A stretch of DNA of 64,000 bases, from the NCBI RefSeq assembly GCF_964213995.1, contig NC_135810.1, forward strand, positions 118,916,001 through 118,980,000, in the 5' to 3' direction. Shown here piece after piece: positions 1 to 10,852 of the stretch. Every line of letters starts with the position of its first letter. Position 1 is the first letter of the stretch. A program made the translations under genes and the position numbers. The notes under the pieces are model-generated. The model made no database searches and was not told where the DNA came from. It saw nothing but the letters and a program-made list of their open reading frames with translations. The stretch is from Mustelus asterias (taxonomy: Eukaryota).

Positions 1-599
1 AGTGGCGAATTCCTGATCTCGGTCGCGCTGTCAGCTGTGGAACTGAGAATAGGAACTTTCAGGCAGAGAGAGGTGATGGAATTGGAATGTTAGTCAATGT
101 CTAAATGATGGTAGTAGAGCCTCGAGGGGGATGAATGTTCCTATGTCACAGAGCAACCTGGTAAATTAAGTATTAAAAAGATAGCCTTGCCTTCATTAAA
201 TACACTTACCTGTCTCTCAAAAATATCTTTGCTTATAATGAACGCGCCTGGGAGTTTAAATGACGACCTTTCGTGTGTATTGCCTTGCATTATAATGCGT
301 CGTTTTTTCATTATTCTGTTTGTTATACTGCTTGGTACTTCAATTTTGTCTGTATAAATAACTCTTTTTTCTGCTTGCCCACGCAATAAGTCACCAAACA
401 CCAACAGTAACTCACGGAATTGATTTAATGGAATAAGTCATAGAATATATCGGGATATTATTAAATCAAACATTTCAAAATTAGAAGGTTTTTTTCAATT
501 TAACCTATACCAAGTAGGAATAACCTTAGATGTAAATAAAAATGTTTGATGATACAAGCGCTACTTTATTAATATTTTATTTAATTAACTTGATACGTT

Positions 600-1186
600 T
601 TTAAATAATATAAGGCCACACCTAGAATATTGTGTGCAGTTTTGGTCTCCTTTCCTGAGGAAAGACGTTCTTGCTCTCGAGGGAGCGCAGCGAAGGTTTA
701 CCAGGCTGATTCCGGGGATGGCGGGACTGATGTATGAGGAGAGGTTGACTGGGTTAGGATTGTTTTCGCTGGAGTTCAGACGAATGAGGGGGGATTTCAT
801 AGAGACTTATAAAATTCTAACAGGACTAGACAGGGTAGATGCAGGGAGGATATTCCCAATGGTGGGGGAGTCCAGAACTGTGGAACACAGTCTGAGGATT
901 CAGGGTAGACCATTTAGGACGGAGTTGAGGAGACATTTCTTCACCCAAAGAGTGGTGAGCCTGTGGAATTCATTACCACAGGAAGTAGTTGATGCCAAAA
1001 CATTGAATGTATTCAAGAGGCGGCTGGATATAGCACTTGGGGTGAATGGGATCAAAGGTTATGGGGAGAAAGCAGGATTAGGCTATTGAGTTGGACGATC
1101 AGCCATGATCGTGATGAATGGTGGAGCAGGCTCGAAGGGCTGAATGGCCTCCTCCTGCTCCTATCTTCTATGTTTCTATGTTTCTA
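600..1186 (+). mobile_element. 5'-truncated CR1 (HER1-type) LINE, RT C-terminus plus 3' tail
   Basis: ORF 634-1089 (RPHLEYCVQFWSP...VVSLWNSLP) matches the CR1 ORF2 C-terminus; it ends in a (TTTCTATG)n tail. Confidence 0.9.
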
Positions 1187-1569
1187 TAATATCCCTAAAC
1201 CTCTTGATGTAAATGCATGTATCGTTGTTACCCTTTTAGAATTAAAGGGGTGCTGTCAAAATCAACCTTTAATTTTTTCATGTTATTTTCTTTGGCTGTC
1301 TTTACTTGAGTAGCAGATTATAGTTATTGAAACCTTTAATGTTGAATTCATCCCAAAACACTTCACAGAGGTGTGAGGGGAATGGGGAGTCACACACAGA
1401 AGGATAGGTTAGGAAGGGTGATCAAATACATAAGATGGGATTTAAGGAGGTTCTAAAGGGAGGAGGGGGAGCAGGAGAGGCAGTGAAATTTAGGGAAGGA
1501 ATTCCAGAGATTTGGAGCTTGCTTGCTGAAGGAATAGCGATGAATGGTGACACGAAAGCTTTCTGATTT

Positions 1570-2140
1570 AATTTTGATTTGATTAATTATTGTCACATGC
1601 ATTAACATACAGTGAAAAGTATTGTTTCTTGCACACTATACAGACAAAGCATACCCTTCATAGAAAAGGAAATGAGAGATTGCAGAATGTAGTGTTGCAG
1701 TCATAGCTAGGGTGTAGAGAAAGATCAACTTAATATAAGGTAGGTCCGTTCGAAGGTTTGATGGCAGCAGGAAAGAAGCTGTTTTTGAGTCAGTTGGTAC
1801 GTGATCTCAGACTTTTGTATCTTTTTTCCCGATGGAAGAAGGTGGAAGAGAGAATGTCCGGGCTGCGTAGGGTCCTTGATTATGCTGGCTGCTTTTCCAG
1901 GACAAGAGGAAGTGTAGACAGAGTCAATGGATGGGAGGCTGGTTTGCGTGATGGATTGGGCTACATTCACAACCTTTTGTAGTTTCTTGTGGTCTTGGTC
2001 AGAGCAGGAGCCGTACCAAGCTGTGATACAACCAGAAAGAATGCTTTCTATAATGCATCTGTAAATGTTGGTGAGAGTCGTAGCGGACATGCCAAATTTC
2101 CTTAGCCTCCTGAGAAAGCGGAGGCGTTGCTGGTCGTTCT
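1570..2140 (-). mobile_element. Rex1/Babar-clade LINE 3' fragment
   Basis: ORF 1725-2168 (QRLRFLRRLRKFGMS...IIKDPTQPGHSLFHLLPSG) is typical of the Rex1/Babar RT C-terminus; (AAATC)n-like tail. Related pieces at about 25430-26632, 28105-28342, 28610-29090 and 36676-36908. Confidence 0.8.
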
Positions 2141-2413
2141 TCTGCATTGGGAGCTGGAGTTGGAGCAATGAGCATTGGGGGCGAGGGTTGTAGGAGTGGG
2201 GGACGTTTTACAGATAAATGGGATGAGGCATTTCAAACAAGGTGACAAAATAAAGAAGAGGCGCTTCTGATGATTGGAAGACCAGGAGCTGATATAGGTT
2301 CACAAATAAGGGTGACTGAGTTCAAACAGAACCAGGGAGAGTAGCCAAAATATAAAGAGCAGAATGAGACCCATGTTAACGGGAGCCAAGCCGGTTGTTG
2401 AAGCTGAACCAAG

Positions 2414-2483
2414 ATGTGGAACTTTTCTTTATTGAGAGAGTTTATTGGTTTGTTTGGTCTCACACCTCTCCTGTCCACGTCTG
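2414..2483 (+). CDS. Candidate leader (signal peptide) exon of the CD28-family gene
   Basis: ATG with A at -3 encodes MWNFSLLREFIGLFGLTPLLSTS-G and ends at a phase-1 donor CTG|GTTAGA, matching the phase-1 V exon. TATAAA at 2351-2356. The donor is weak and the call is unverified. Confidence 0.25.
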
Positions 2484-2552
2484 GTTAGATCAGATGGTTA
2501 GAGCGTCGTGCTAATAATACCAAGGTTGTGAGTTCAATTCCCGTGCTAGAGA
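2479..2552 (+). pseudogene. tRNA-Ile(AAT) pseudogene
   Basis: 74 nt colinear with vertebrate tRNA-Ile-AAT (GGTTAG.TCAG.TGGTTAGAGCGT.GTGCTAATAA...CCAAGGT...GTTC.AT.CCCGT). There are mismatches in the D, anticodon and T stems and no oligo-T terminator. Confidence 0.85.
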
Positions 2553-2828
2553 ATCACAGCTCTCCTCACACAAAGCCCGGTGTCCCAGCTGTCCCCATTA
2601 ATATGTGCTCAAAGACAATTAACACATATCAACAGTTTCTCTTAATCTTAACAATATTACTGACAAGACATTAACAAACCTCGATGTGGCTCAAGTTCTC
2701 TTGGTGCTTTACAGAAATTTTAAAACATTCAGAGGGAGGAACACATGAGAGACTGAAAAATGTACTCTTAAGATGCTTGTGGTGGTTGGAAGTCAAACAT
2801 CTCAGTTGCAGGATTTTTTTCTTAAACT

Positions 2829-3185
2829 CAATAGAATCCCTACAGTGCAGAAGGAGACCATTCAGCCCATCGGATCTGCACTGACCTTGGAAAGAGTGTT
2901 CTAGCTAGGCTCGCTCCTCTGCCCTAGCCCTGTAACCTCACACATTTACCATGGCTAATCCTCTGAACCTACGTATCCTGGGACACTAAGGGTCAATTTA
3001 TCATGGCCAATGCGCCGAACCGGCACATCTTTGGACTGTAGGAGGAAACTGGAACACCCGGAGGGAACCCACGCAGACGCTGGGAGAACGTGCAAACACC
3101 ACACGAACAGTCATCCAAGCCAGGAATTGAACCCGGGTCCTTGGCGCTGTGAGGCAGCAGTGCTAACCACTGTGCCACTGTACCT
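2829..3185 (-). mobile_element. HE1-type V-SINE with CR1-type tail
   Basis: tRNA head GGCACAGTGGTTAGCACTGCTGCCTCACAG, V-domain GTCTGCGTGGGTT.CCTCCGGGTG and a GGATTCTAT tail. Other copies at about 5864-6190(+), 7037-7350(-), 7703-8022(+), 12748-13032(-), 17625-17933(-), 25497-25828(+), 37360-37684(+), 38847-39190(+), 41590-41903(-), 42293-42616(-), 46235-46585(-) and 55943-56246(+). Confidence 0.85.
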
Positions 3186-3280
3186 CCCAGAAAGATAAGT
3201 TAATGGAATATTTAATGCTGCCCAACGCTGCTGCACCTTACAAAAATAATTCATCTGAAATAGATTTGTGGCAAATACAG

Positions 3281-3480
3281 TAATTTAAATTTCTAACTAT
3301 TTTAAATTCACCCGAAAATTGAAATTCAAGTCAATTTAAATCCGTGTGACATCCACAATAAATTTAAATCCACTATAAATTTCAAATCGTGCTAAACTTA
3401 AATTCACACTGAATTTAAAACTGTGTTGCTGTTGAACTGAGCAAATTTAAATTCTCGTTCCATTAAACTCATAATTTAGA
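3281..3480. repeat. Degenerate AT-rich repeat with recurring AATTTAAAT motif
   Basis: AATTTAAAT or close variants recur about seven times at 15-30 bp spacing. Confidence 0.55.
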
Positions 3481-3987
3481 TGTGCAAATATGGCGATATT
3501 TATTTGACAAGCGACATTTCGGAATTTGAACTAAAATAGTATAGGTGTCATCATGTCTTACACTTGATAAAAAATAGCTTGGCCATCGAGATAATAATGG
3601 TTTTCTAAAAGCAAAGAAAGCCGATTTACTTCCAAATGTATCACTTATGAATCAAAGTAAGATTACATCTCGTAAAACATTAGGGTAGCTTTCCTGCCAG
3701 TTGTAAAACGGGGTGAGAGCGAATCTCTAGCCTCACGTTTAGCACTAATTAAAGTCAACAGAAGTCAAAATGACAAGAGGTGTCGGATGGAATGAATGAT
3801 TTCCCATCATGCAAAGTCACAATTACTGTGGCTGGATTACAGGAAATGCATTAAAATCTGATGTGGTTAGCACTGCTGCCTCACAGCATCAGCGTTGGAT
3901 AGTCAGTAGCTTTTTCCCAGGGTGGAAGAGTCAATTACTAGGAGGCATAGGTTTAAGGTGTGAGGGGCAAGGTTTAAAGAAGATGTG

Positions 3988-4318
3988 TGTGGTGAACCAT
4001 TGTTGGTTCCCACCAGGTAGTACTGAGCCAGGGTCTGGCCAGTACTATGAGTCTGTATATATGTTACTGTTGGGGTTAGGGTTGGGCTGTTCTACATGTT
4101 ACTGTTGGGGTTAGGGTTGGGCTGTTCTACCTGTAATATAGTTCTTGTGGTACATCCCAGTCGGGCTCCGCCTCCTGGGAGAGGTATAAAGGTCACTGCT
4201 CTGTCTGGGACCCTTTAGTCTGGGATCGCGTATTATATATGGTAGCTCTATTGTTGTAGTCAATAAAAGCCTTTATTTCCCCGAGTACCTCTAGCCTCGT
4301 GAGTTATATCGCGCATCA
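3988..4318 (+). mobile_element. Solo LTR inserted in a CR1 fragment
   Basis: TGTGGTG...GCATCA termini; 5-bp TSD ATGTG (3983-3987 and 4319-4323); TATAAA at 4185 and AATAAA at 4262; internal tandem duplication of about 35 bp. Confidence 0.85.
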
Positions 4319-5171
4319 ATGTGCGAGGCAAGTTTTTTACACGGCCGGAGGAGGTAGTGGAAGCAGATGCGGTAGTGACTTTTAAGGGGCGTCTTGACAA
4401 ATACATGAATAGGAGGGGAATAGAGGGAGATGGTATCCGGAATGGTAGGGAGCTTTAGTTCTGTCGGGCAGCATGGTCGGTGCAGGCTTGGAGGGCCAAA
4501 GGATCTGTTCCTGTGCTATAATTTCCTTTGTTCTTTGCTGACCTGGGTTCAATTCTGGCCTCGGGTCATTATCAGTGCGGAGTTTGCACGTTCACCCCGT
4601 GTCTGCGTGGGTTTCCTCCGGGTGCTCCATTTTCCTCCCACGGTCCAAAGATGTGCGGGTTAGATGGATTAGCCATGCTGAGTGTGCGGGGTTACGGGGA
4701 TAGGGCTGTTCCGGAGGAGAGTGGGTGCAGAAACGATGGGGCAAATGGCCTCCATCTGCACTGTCGGGATACTATGGTAACACTTGGGTTTCAGTGCGTG
4801 GACGGGCAGCATTTTAGCATGGTCGATTAGCTCACAGGGTGACAAATACCCGGAGCTGAGTTATTTCTGAACTGCTTGGGTAGAGAGGAAACCTGAGCCT
4901 GTGTATGCAGCGAGAGATTGCAGTACGGTGCAAGGGTGGGACCTTGCTGCTGCAGGTTCAGTCTTGGGTGGTATTACAAGACATTGAATCAAGACAGTCA
5001 GGAAAAGTGTTAGCGAAAGGTGAGCCATTCATAGATTAGTGTTTATTTTTGTTCTGTCAATATTGGCAGCTCTTCACAAAATAACCTTAGTGTTATAACT
5101 GCTGAAATCTGCGGCTGGTTCACGGAAACAGAGAATGATTACAACGGTTAAAATCCCCACTGGCCGCTGTT

Positions 5172-5253
5172 AAAAATACAGATTGCTTCACAAATTTACA
5201 TATCGAGCTTGCGTAGAGCCACGCTAATCTTCTCTGTATCGTTCCAATCTTAG
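5172..5253 (-). pseudogene. U6 snRNA pseudogene lacking the 5' stem-loop
   Basis: Reverse complement CTAAGATTGGAACGATACAGAGAAGATTAGCGTGGCTCTACGCAAG...AAATTTGTGAAGCAATCTGTATTTTT aligns with U6 from about nt 25 to the 3' end, including the ACAGAGA box and AGC triad. Confidence 0.9.
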
Positions 5254-6223
5254 GACAACATAGAGTCATGTCTGTGACTGCCCTCTACAAGAGCGACTTG
5301 GCTAATTCAGCCCCCCTGCTTTCTCCCTGTAGCCCTGTAAATCTTTTTCTCCTCAGTTAATGATCCAATTCCCTTTCGAAGATCTCAACTGAATCTGTCT
5401 CCGGCTCACCCTCGGGCAGTGCGTTCCAGATGCCAACCACTCGATGCGTTGACTTTGCTGACCTGGGTTCAATCCTGGCCTCGGGTCATTATCGGTGTGG
5501 AGTTTGCACATTCACCCCGTGTCTGCGTGGGTTTCCTCCGGGTGCTCCATTTTCCTCCCACGGTCCAAAGATGTGCGGGTTAGATGGATTAGCCATGCTG
5601 AGTGTGCGGGGTTACGGGGATAGGGGGGTTATGGGGATAGGGCTGTTCCGGAGGAGCGTAAAAACCTTTTTCCTCATAGAATCATAGAATCCCTACAGTG
5701 CAGAAGGGACCAGTTGGCCCATCGAGTCTGCGCTGACTTGCCAACAGAGTATCTTACCCAGGCCCTCTCCCCCGCCCTATCCTGTATGTTGCCATTGCTC
5801 CTTTGGCCAATCACCTGAACTCTGTGCTTCGATGCTTCTGCCAAAGGGAAAAGTTTGTCCCCTTGGCGGCATAGTGGTTAGCACTGCTGCCTCACAGCGC
5901 CAGGGACCTGGGTTCGATTCCTGGCTTGGGTCACTGACTGTGTGGAGTTTGTGTATTCTCCCCGTGTCTGCGTGGGTTTCCTCTGAGTGCTCTGGTTTCC
6001 TCCCACAGTCCAAAGATGTATGGGTTAGCTTGATTGGCCATGCTAAATTGACCCTAGTGTCAGGGGGATTAGCAGGGTAAATGTGTGGGGTTACGGGAAT
6101 AGGGCCTAGTTGGGATTGTGGTCGTTACAGACTTGATGGGCCAAATGGCCTAATTCTGTACTGTGGGGATTTTATGATTCTATTTCTATGATTAGTTCAC
6201 TAAAGTCTTGTGGAGAGAGGACA

Positions 6224-6264
6224 GAGCCAATGTTTCGAGTCTGGATGACCCTTCGTCAGAGCTC
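6224..6264 (-). ncRNA. Minimal hammerhead ribozyme motif (family A) in a Penelope-like terminus
   Basis: Reverse strand reads GAGCU-CUGACGA-A-GGGUC-AUCCA-GACUC-GAAA-CA-UU-GGCUC, and stems I and II pair. A related, more decayed copy lies at about 7645-7685(+), with its tail resuming at 8023-8105. Confidence 0.6.
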
Positions 6265-8389
6265 TGAGAGAGCTAGCCAATTATTCCCATAACCCCAACT
6301 GGAAATCTGTCGCCCTTACCTGGTCTGGCCTACATGTGACTCCAGAGTCACAGCAATGTGGTTGACTCTCAACTACCCTCTGAAATGGCCTAGCGAGACA
6401 CTCAGTTCAAGGGCAATGAGGAATGGGCAATAAATGCTGGCCCAGCTAGTTACTCCCATGAATTTTTAAAAAAATTATAACCAGTCCAGGAAATCAATCA
6501 CGGATCAAGTGTTATCAATAAAGACATTTTATGTGACGCTCTCTCTGCCCCAGTCCAGAATCAGTCCAACTCCCTCCCGAAGATATCCATCATATCGTAA
6601 GAGGTGTCATAAAACTAGATCATTAAGATCTTTTTTCCGTAGTGCCCTTAGCTATAAAGGTTTGAATAATCTTCCCCTGTGAGATGTTGATTGGATTAAA
6701 TTTCCTAAACCTCTCATTCATCATTTTAATAATTTATTAATTAAAAGTAAGTTTAACAGCCAGAACTGACAAAATTAAAACCATCCCCCACTCCCCGCCG
6801 AGACTTTGAATGGATAAATTATCCACAAAAGGTTATCATTATAACAACTCAAGTACTTTTCCTGATCATTTTAACCTGTTCAAATAATCTTTCAAAATGA
6901 ATTGAAATAATGGCCTCTGATGGTGTGACCAGGTCCTGGGGGAGGGGGCTGGTTTAAACTGAAGCAATTATTGGTTCTGGTGACTCACAGAGGAACTAGA
7001 TTAGCACATGCAGTCAATTCCAGCCATCTTCTGTACCATCGAATCCCTACAGTGCAAAAGGAGGCCATTCGGTCCATCGAGTCTGCTCCGACCACAATCC
7101 CACCCAGGCCATGTCCCCGTAGCCCCACACATTTACCCTGCTAATCCCCCTGGCACTGGGGGCAAGTTAGCATGGCCAGTCAACCTAAACCACACATCTT
7201 TGGAGTGTGGGAGGAAACTGGAGCACCCGGAGGAAACCCACGCAGACACGGGGAGAACGTGCAGTCTCCACACAGACAGTCACCCGAGGCCGGAATTGAA
7301 CCTGGGTCCCTGGTGTTGTGAGGCAGCAGTGCTAACTGTGCCACCGTGCTGCCAGTAATATGTTTTATTACTGAATCAGTCATCAGGTAGGATTTTACTG
7401 TCAGGTTGCTTTCAGCGAGAGACTTAGGCAAAAGCTTTGTCTTAAAAAAAGAAAAGTGATGGAAGTATGTGGGAGTTTTTTCTTCATCATCGTGAGCTGT
7501 GGTGATCTGCAATGTGCAGTCTGAAAAGGTGGCAGAAGCAGATTCAAGGCTAACCTGTGAACTGGATTATTACTTGCAAAGGAATAATATACAGGGCTGA
7601 GGAAAAGAGTTGGGGCTGTGGTGTTGATTGGCTAGCTCTATCAAAGCTCTGACAAAGGGTCATCCAGACTCGAAACATTGACCATGTCCACTTTCCACAG
7701 ATGCACTGTTGCCTCACAGCAACCAGGAACCCAGGTTCGATTCCCGGCTTGGGTGACTGTCTATGTGGAGTTTGCACGTTCTCCCCCGTGTCTGCATGGG
7801 TTTCCTCCGGGTGCTCCGGTTTCCTCCCACAGTCCAAAGATGTGCGGGTTAGGTGGATTGGCCATGCTAAATTGACCCTTAATGCCCCGGGATGCATAGG
7901 TTAGAGGGATTAGTGGGGTAAATATGTGGGGTTACGGGGATAGGGCCTGGGTGGGATTGTTGTCGGTGCAGGCTCGATGGGCCGAATGGCCTCTTTCTGC
8001 ACTACAGGGATTCTACGATTCTATGCTGACAGACCTGCTGAGATTTTCCAGCATTTTTTGTTTTTATTTCAGATTTCCAGCATCCACAGTATTGTATTTT
8101 TATCTTTGAAAGAATCTCCTGGCTTGTGTAATTCTACAGCCTCTGATTGTCTTCAATGGTGGCATCACAACTAATGGCAAGATTATTGTCACTTGTTCCA
8201 TTTCACCATGGATTCTAACTACGAGAGAACAAGTTAGTCTCACTGAATGACTCTGCGGCAGAGGTGCTTTCTGAAAAGCAAGCTCTTCTTTCTGCTGAGT
8301 GCCCTAGATAGACACGAGAGGTTATTTGCAATATGTGTTCTATAGATCTGACTCAAACATCTGAAGGTGAGAAAAAATATTCTTACTGA

Positions 8390-8710
8390 TGAGGCGATGG
8401 CCTGGCGGTATTATCTCGAGATCATCAATCCAGCAACTCAACTGATGTTCTGGGGACCCGGGTTCGAATCCCGCCACGGCAGATGATGGAATTTGAATTC
8501 AATTTTTAAAAATCTGGAATTAAGAATCTACCATGAAACCATTGTCGATTGTCGGAAAAATCCCATCTGGTTCACTGATGTCTTTTAGGGAAGGAAATCT
8601 GCCGTCCTTACCCGGTCTGGCCTACATGTGGCTCCAGAGCCACAGCAATGTGGTTGACTCTCAACTGCCCTCGGGCAACTAGGGATGGGCAACAAATTCT
8701 GGCACTAGCA
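8390..8710 (+). mobile_element. tRNA-derived SINE (family B) with LINE-derived GGGCAATAAATGCTGG...GAATGAAT tail
   Basis: A-box-like TGGCCTGGCGG and B-box GGTTCGAATCC. Other copies at about 15062-16205 (split by CR1), 24400-24778(-), 38764-39455 (split by HE1) and 54312-54775. Confidence 0.75.
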
Positions 8711-10391
8711 GATGTTGATCTTCAGGTCTGCCAGGGCAGGAAGGGGCCAGCCCAGCCGCAATACCCCATCCTGTCAACGGTGACCATCCTGAGGTCAACG
8801 GTGAACCCCCATGTTCTGTGGGCCATTGCAATTCTTGCCAGGAGCTAGCAGGCCCAAAGAATCCCCCTTAGACATTTTATTGGGAAAATTCCACCCACAA
8901 TGTTTTGGCCTCAACTGCTTTCTATGGTAGAAAATTCCACAGGCTCACCACTCTCTGGGTGAAGAAATTTCTCCTCATTTCAGTTCTACATGGTTCACTC
9001 TGTATCCTTTAACTATGGCCCCTGGTTCTGAACACCTGCGCCATCGGGAACATCCTCCCTGCATCTACCCTGTCTAGTCCTGTTAGAATTTATAGGTTTC
9101 TGAGCTCATAAGAATCATAAGAACTAGGAGGGTGAGTGCGATCATGGCTGATCTCATCTTGGCCTGAATTCCACCATCCTGCCCTTCAAACCCTTACGAA
9201 TTAAAAACCACCTCTTCCTTAAATTTACTCAAAGTTCCGGAGATCCCCCCCCCCCCCCCTCTCTCTCATTCTTCTAAACTCCAGTGAATATAATCCTAAC
9301 CGACTCAATCTCTCCTCATACTTCACTCCCGCCATCCCCGGAATCAGCCTGGTAAAGCTTCGCTGCACTCCCGCTATCGCAAGGACATCCTTCCTCAGAT
9401 AAGGAGAGCTAACATGCACACAATACTCCAAGTGTGGCCTCACCAAGGCCCTGCATGATTGCAGCAAGACATCTCTGCTCCTTTGAAAGGCAGAACCGGC
9501 TCGAAGGGCCAAACGACCTACTCCTGCTTCTATCTTCTATGTTTCCAAGACTCACGACTCCCTGTCTTAAGTGGGCGAGCCCTTATTTTTGAACAGTAAC
9601 TTTTAGTTCCAGAGATAAAACAGATTGTCACGTTGTCAGGTTACTGTTCGAGGGAGGTATCTGTGTGCAAACTGGCTGCTGCACCGTGGCAGGGAAGACA
9701 TTTCATAAAGTATCTCATTGACTGTAAAGCACCGTGAGATGTCCTGAGGTGGTGAAAGGTGCTATATAAATGCAAGGTCTTCCTTTCTTCCTTAAGACTG
9801 TGTGTAGATGACAATATGTAGTCCAAAGATGTGCGGATTAGGTTGATTGGCCATGGTAAATTGCCCCTTAGTGTCAGGGGATTAGGAGGGTAAATAAGTG
9901 GGGTTATGGGGATGGGACCTGAATGATATTGTGGTCGGTGCAGGCTCGATTGGCCAAATGACCTCCTTCTGCACTGTAGATTCTATGATTCAATGAATGT
10001 AGGTATTGGCCATTGTCCATTGGTTACTGTTGAACACAGGAGATTGGAAATACTGAAAGTTCAGTGGGACGGCATGGTGACACGGTGGTTAGCACTGCTG
10101 CCTCACAGCACCAGGGGCCTGGGTTCAATTCCCGGCTTGGGTCACTGTCCATGCGGAGTTTGCACATTCTCCCCGTGTCTGTATGGGTTTCCTCCAGTTT
10201 CCTCCCACAGTTTGAAAGATGTGCTGGTTGGGTGCATTGACCCGAACAGGCGCAGGAGTGTGGCGACTAGGGCATTTTCACAGTAACTTCATTGCAGTGT
10301 TAATGTAAGCCTTACTTGTGACACTAATAAATAAACTTTACTTAACTTATCATTGTTGCTTCCTTTCACCTCTCACTCCACACCGTCTCAG

Positions 10392-10754
10392 GTTACGAAA
10401 GCAAAATTACGGTGTCCCAGCATCCCAGAGAAATCACCGCGTCAGTGGGAATGACAGCCACGATTGCTTGCGAGGCGCACCATCACAACGGTGCCCCTGA
10501 GCACACGGACATGTACTGGTACACTGGAGAGGAGCGGGACAGACCAATCCTGACCTTCTCGACAGACTCCGATTCCCTGTCTAGTCAAGATGGCCGCCTA
10601 TACGTTTGTGGCAATCTCTCCAACTTCTATAACGTCCTGGTCATAAACAACCTGACAGTGATGGACTCTGGACTTTATGTCTGCGAAGTAGCAGTCTCTC
10701 TACCTCCTCCTCACATGAGTGAATATGGAGAAGGAACTCAATTAACTGTGCGCG
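10392..10754 (+). CDS. CD28/CTLA-4-family receptor, V-set Ig domain exon
   Basis: Acceptor ...ccgtctcag| and donor |gtgagt, phase 1-1. Encodes YESKITVSQHP...TIAC...MYWY...LVINNLTVMDSGLYVCEVAVSLPPPHMSEYGEGTQLTVR. The C-x6-PPP-x5-GxGT spacing is identical to CTLA-4 CKVELMYPPPYYLGIGNGT. Confidence 0.9.
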
Positions 10755-10852
10755 GTGAGTAAAACAGACGCAATTGTCTCTTAATGACATCCTTTGTGGG
10801 TTTATTTAACGTATGTTTTATGTCTGATAAATCTATATAGTGCTATATAGTT

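Noticed and set aside
2993-3198. Recurrent ORFs such as MAQWLALLPHSARDPG and MDCGRKPEHPEETHADT as a gene family
   Set aside because: They are chance translations of HE1 SINE copies on either strand.
4075-4117. GGGTTAGGG as interstitial telomere
   Set aside because: Only two isolated units occur, inside a duplicated segment of a solo LTR.
4905-5019. ATG-led frame ending at a phase-1 donor (MQREIAVRCKGG...VLAK) as the leader exon
   Set aside because: It has a good donor but no convincing hydrophobic core; not excluded as an upstream exon.
8248-8366. MTLRQRCFLKSKLFFLLSAL as a CTLA-4-like leader
   Set aside because: There is no good phase-1 donor in that frame before the stop; the donor at 8366 belongs to a different, non-hydrophobic frame.
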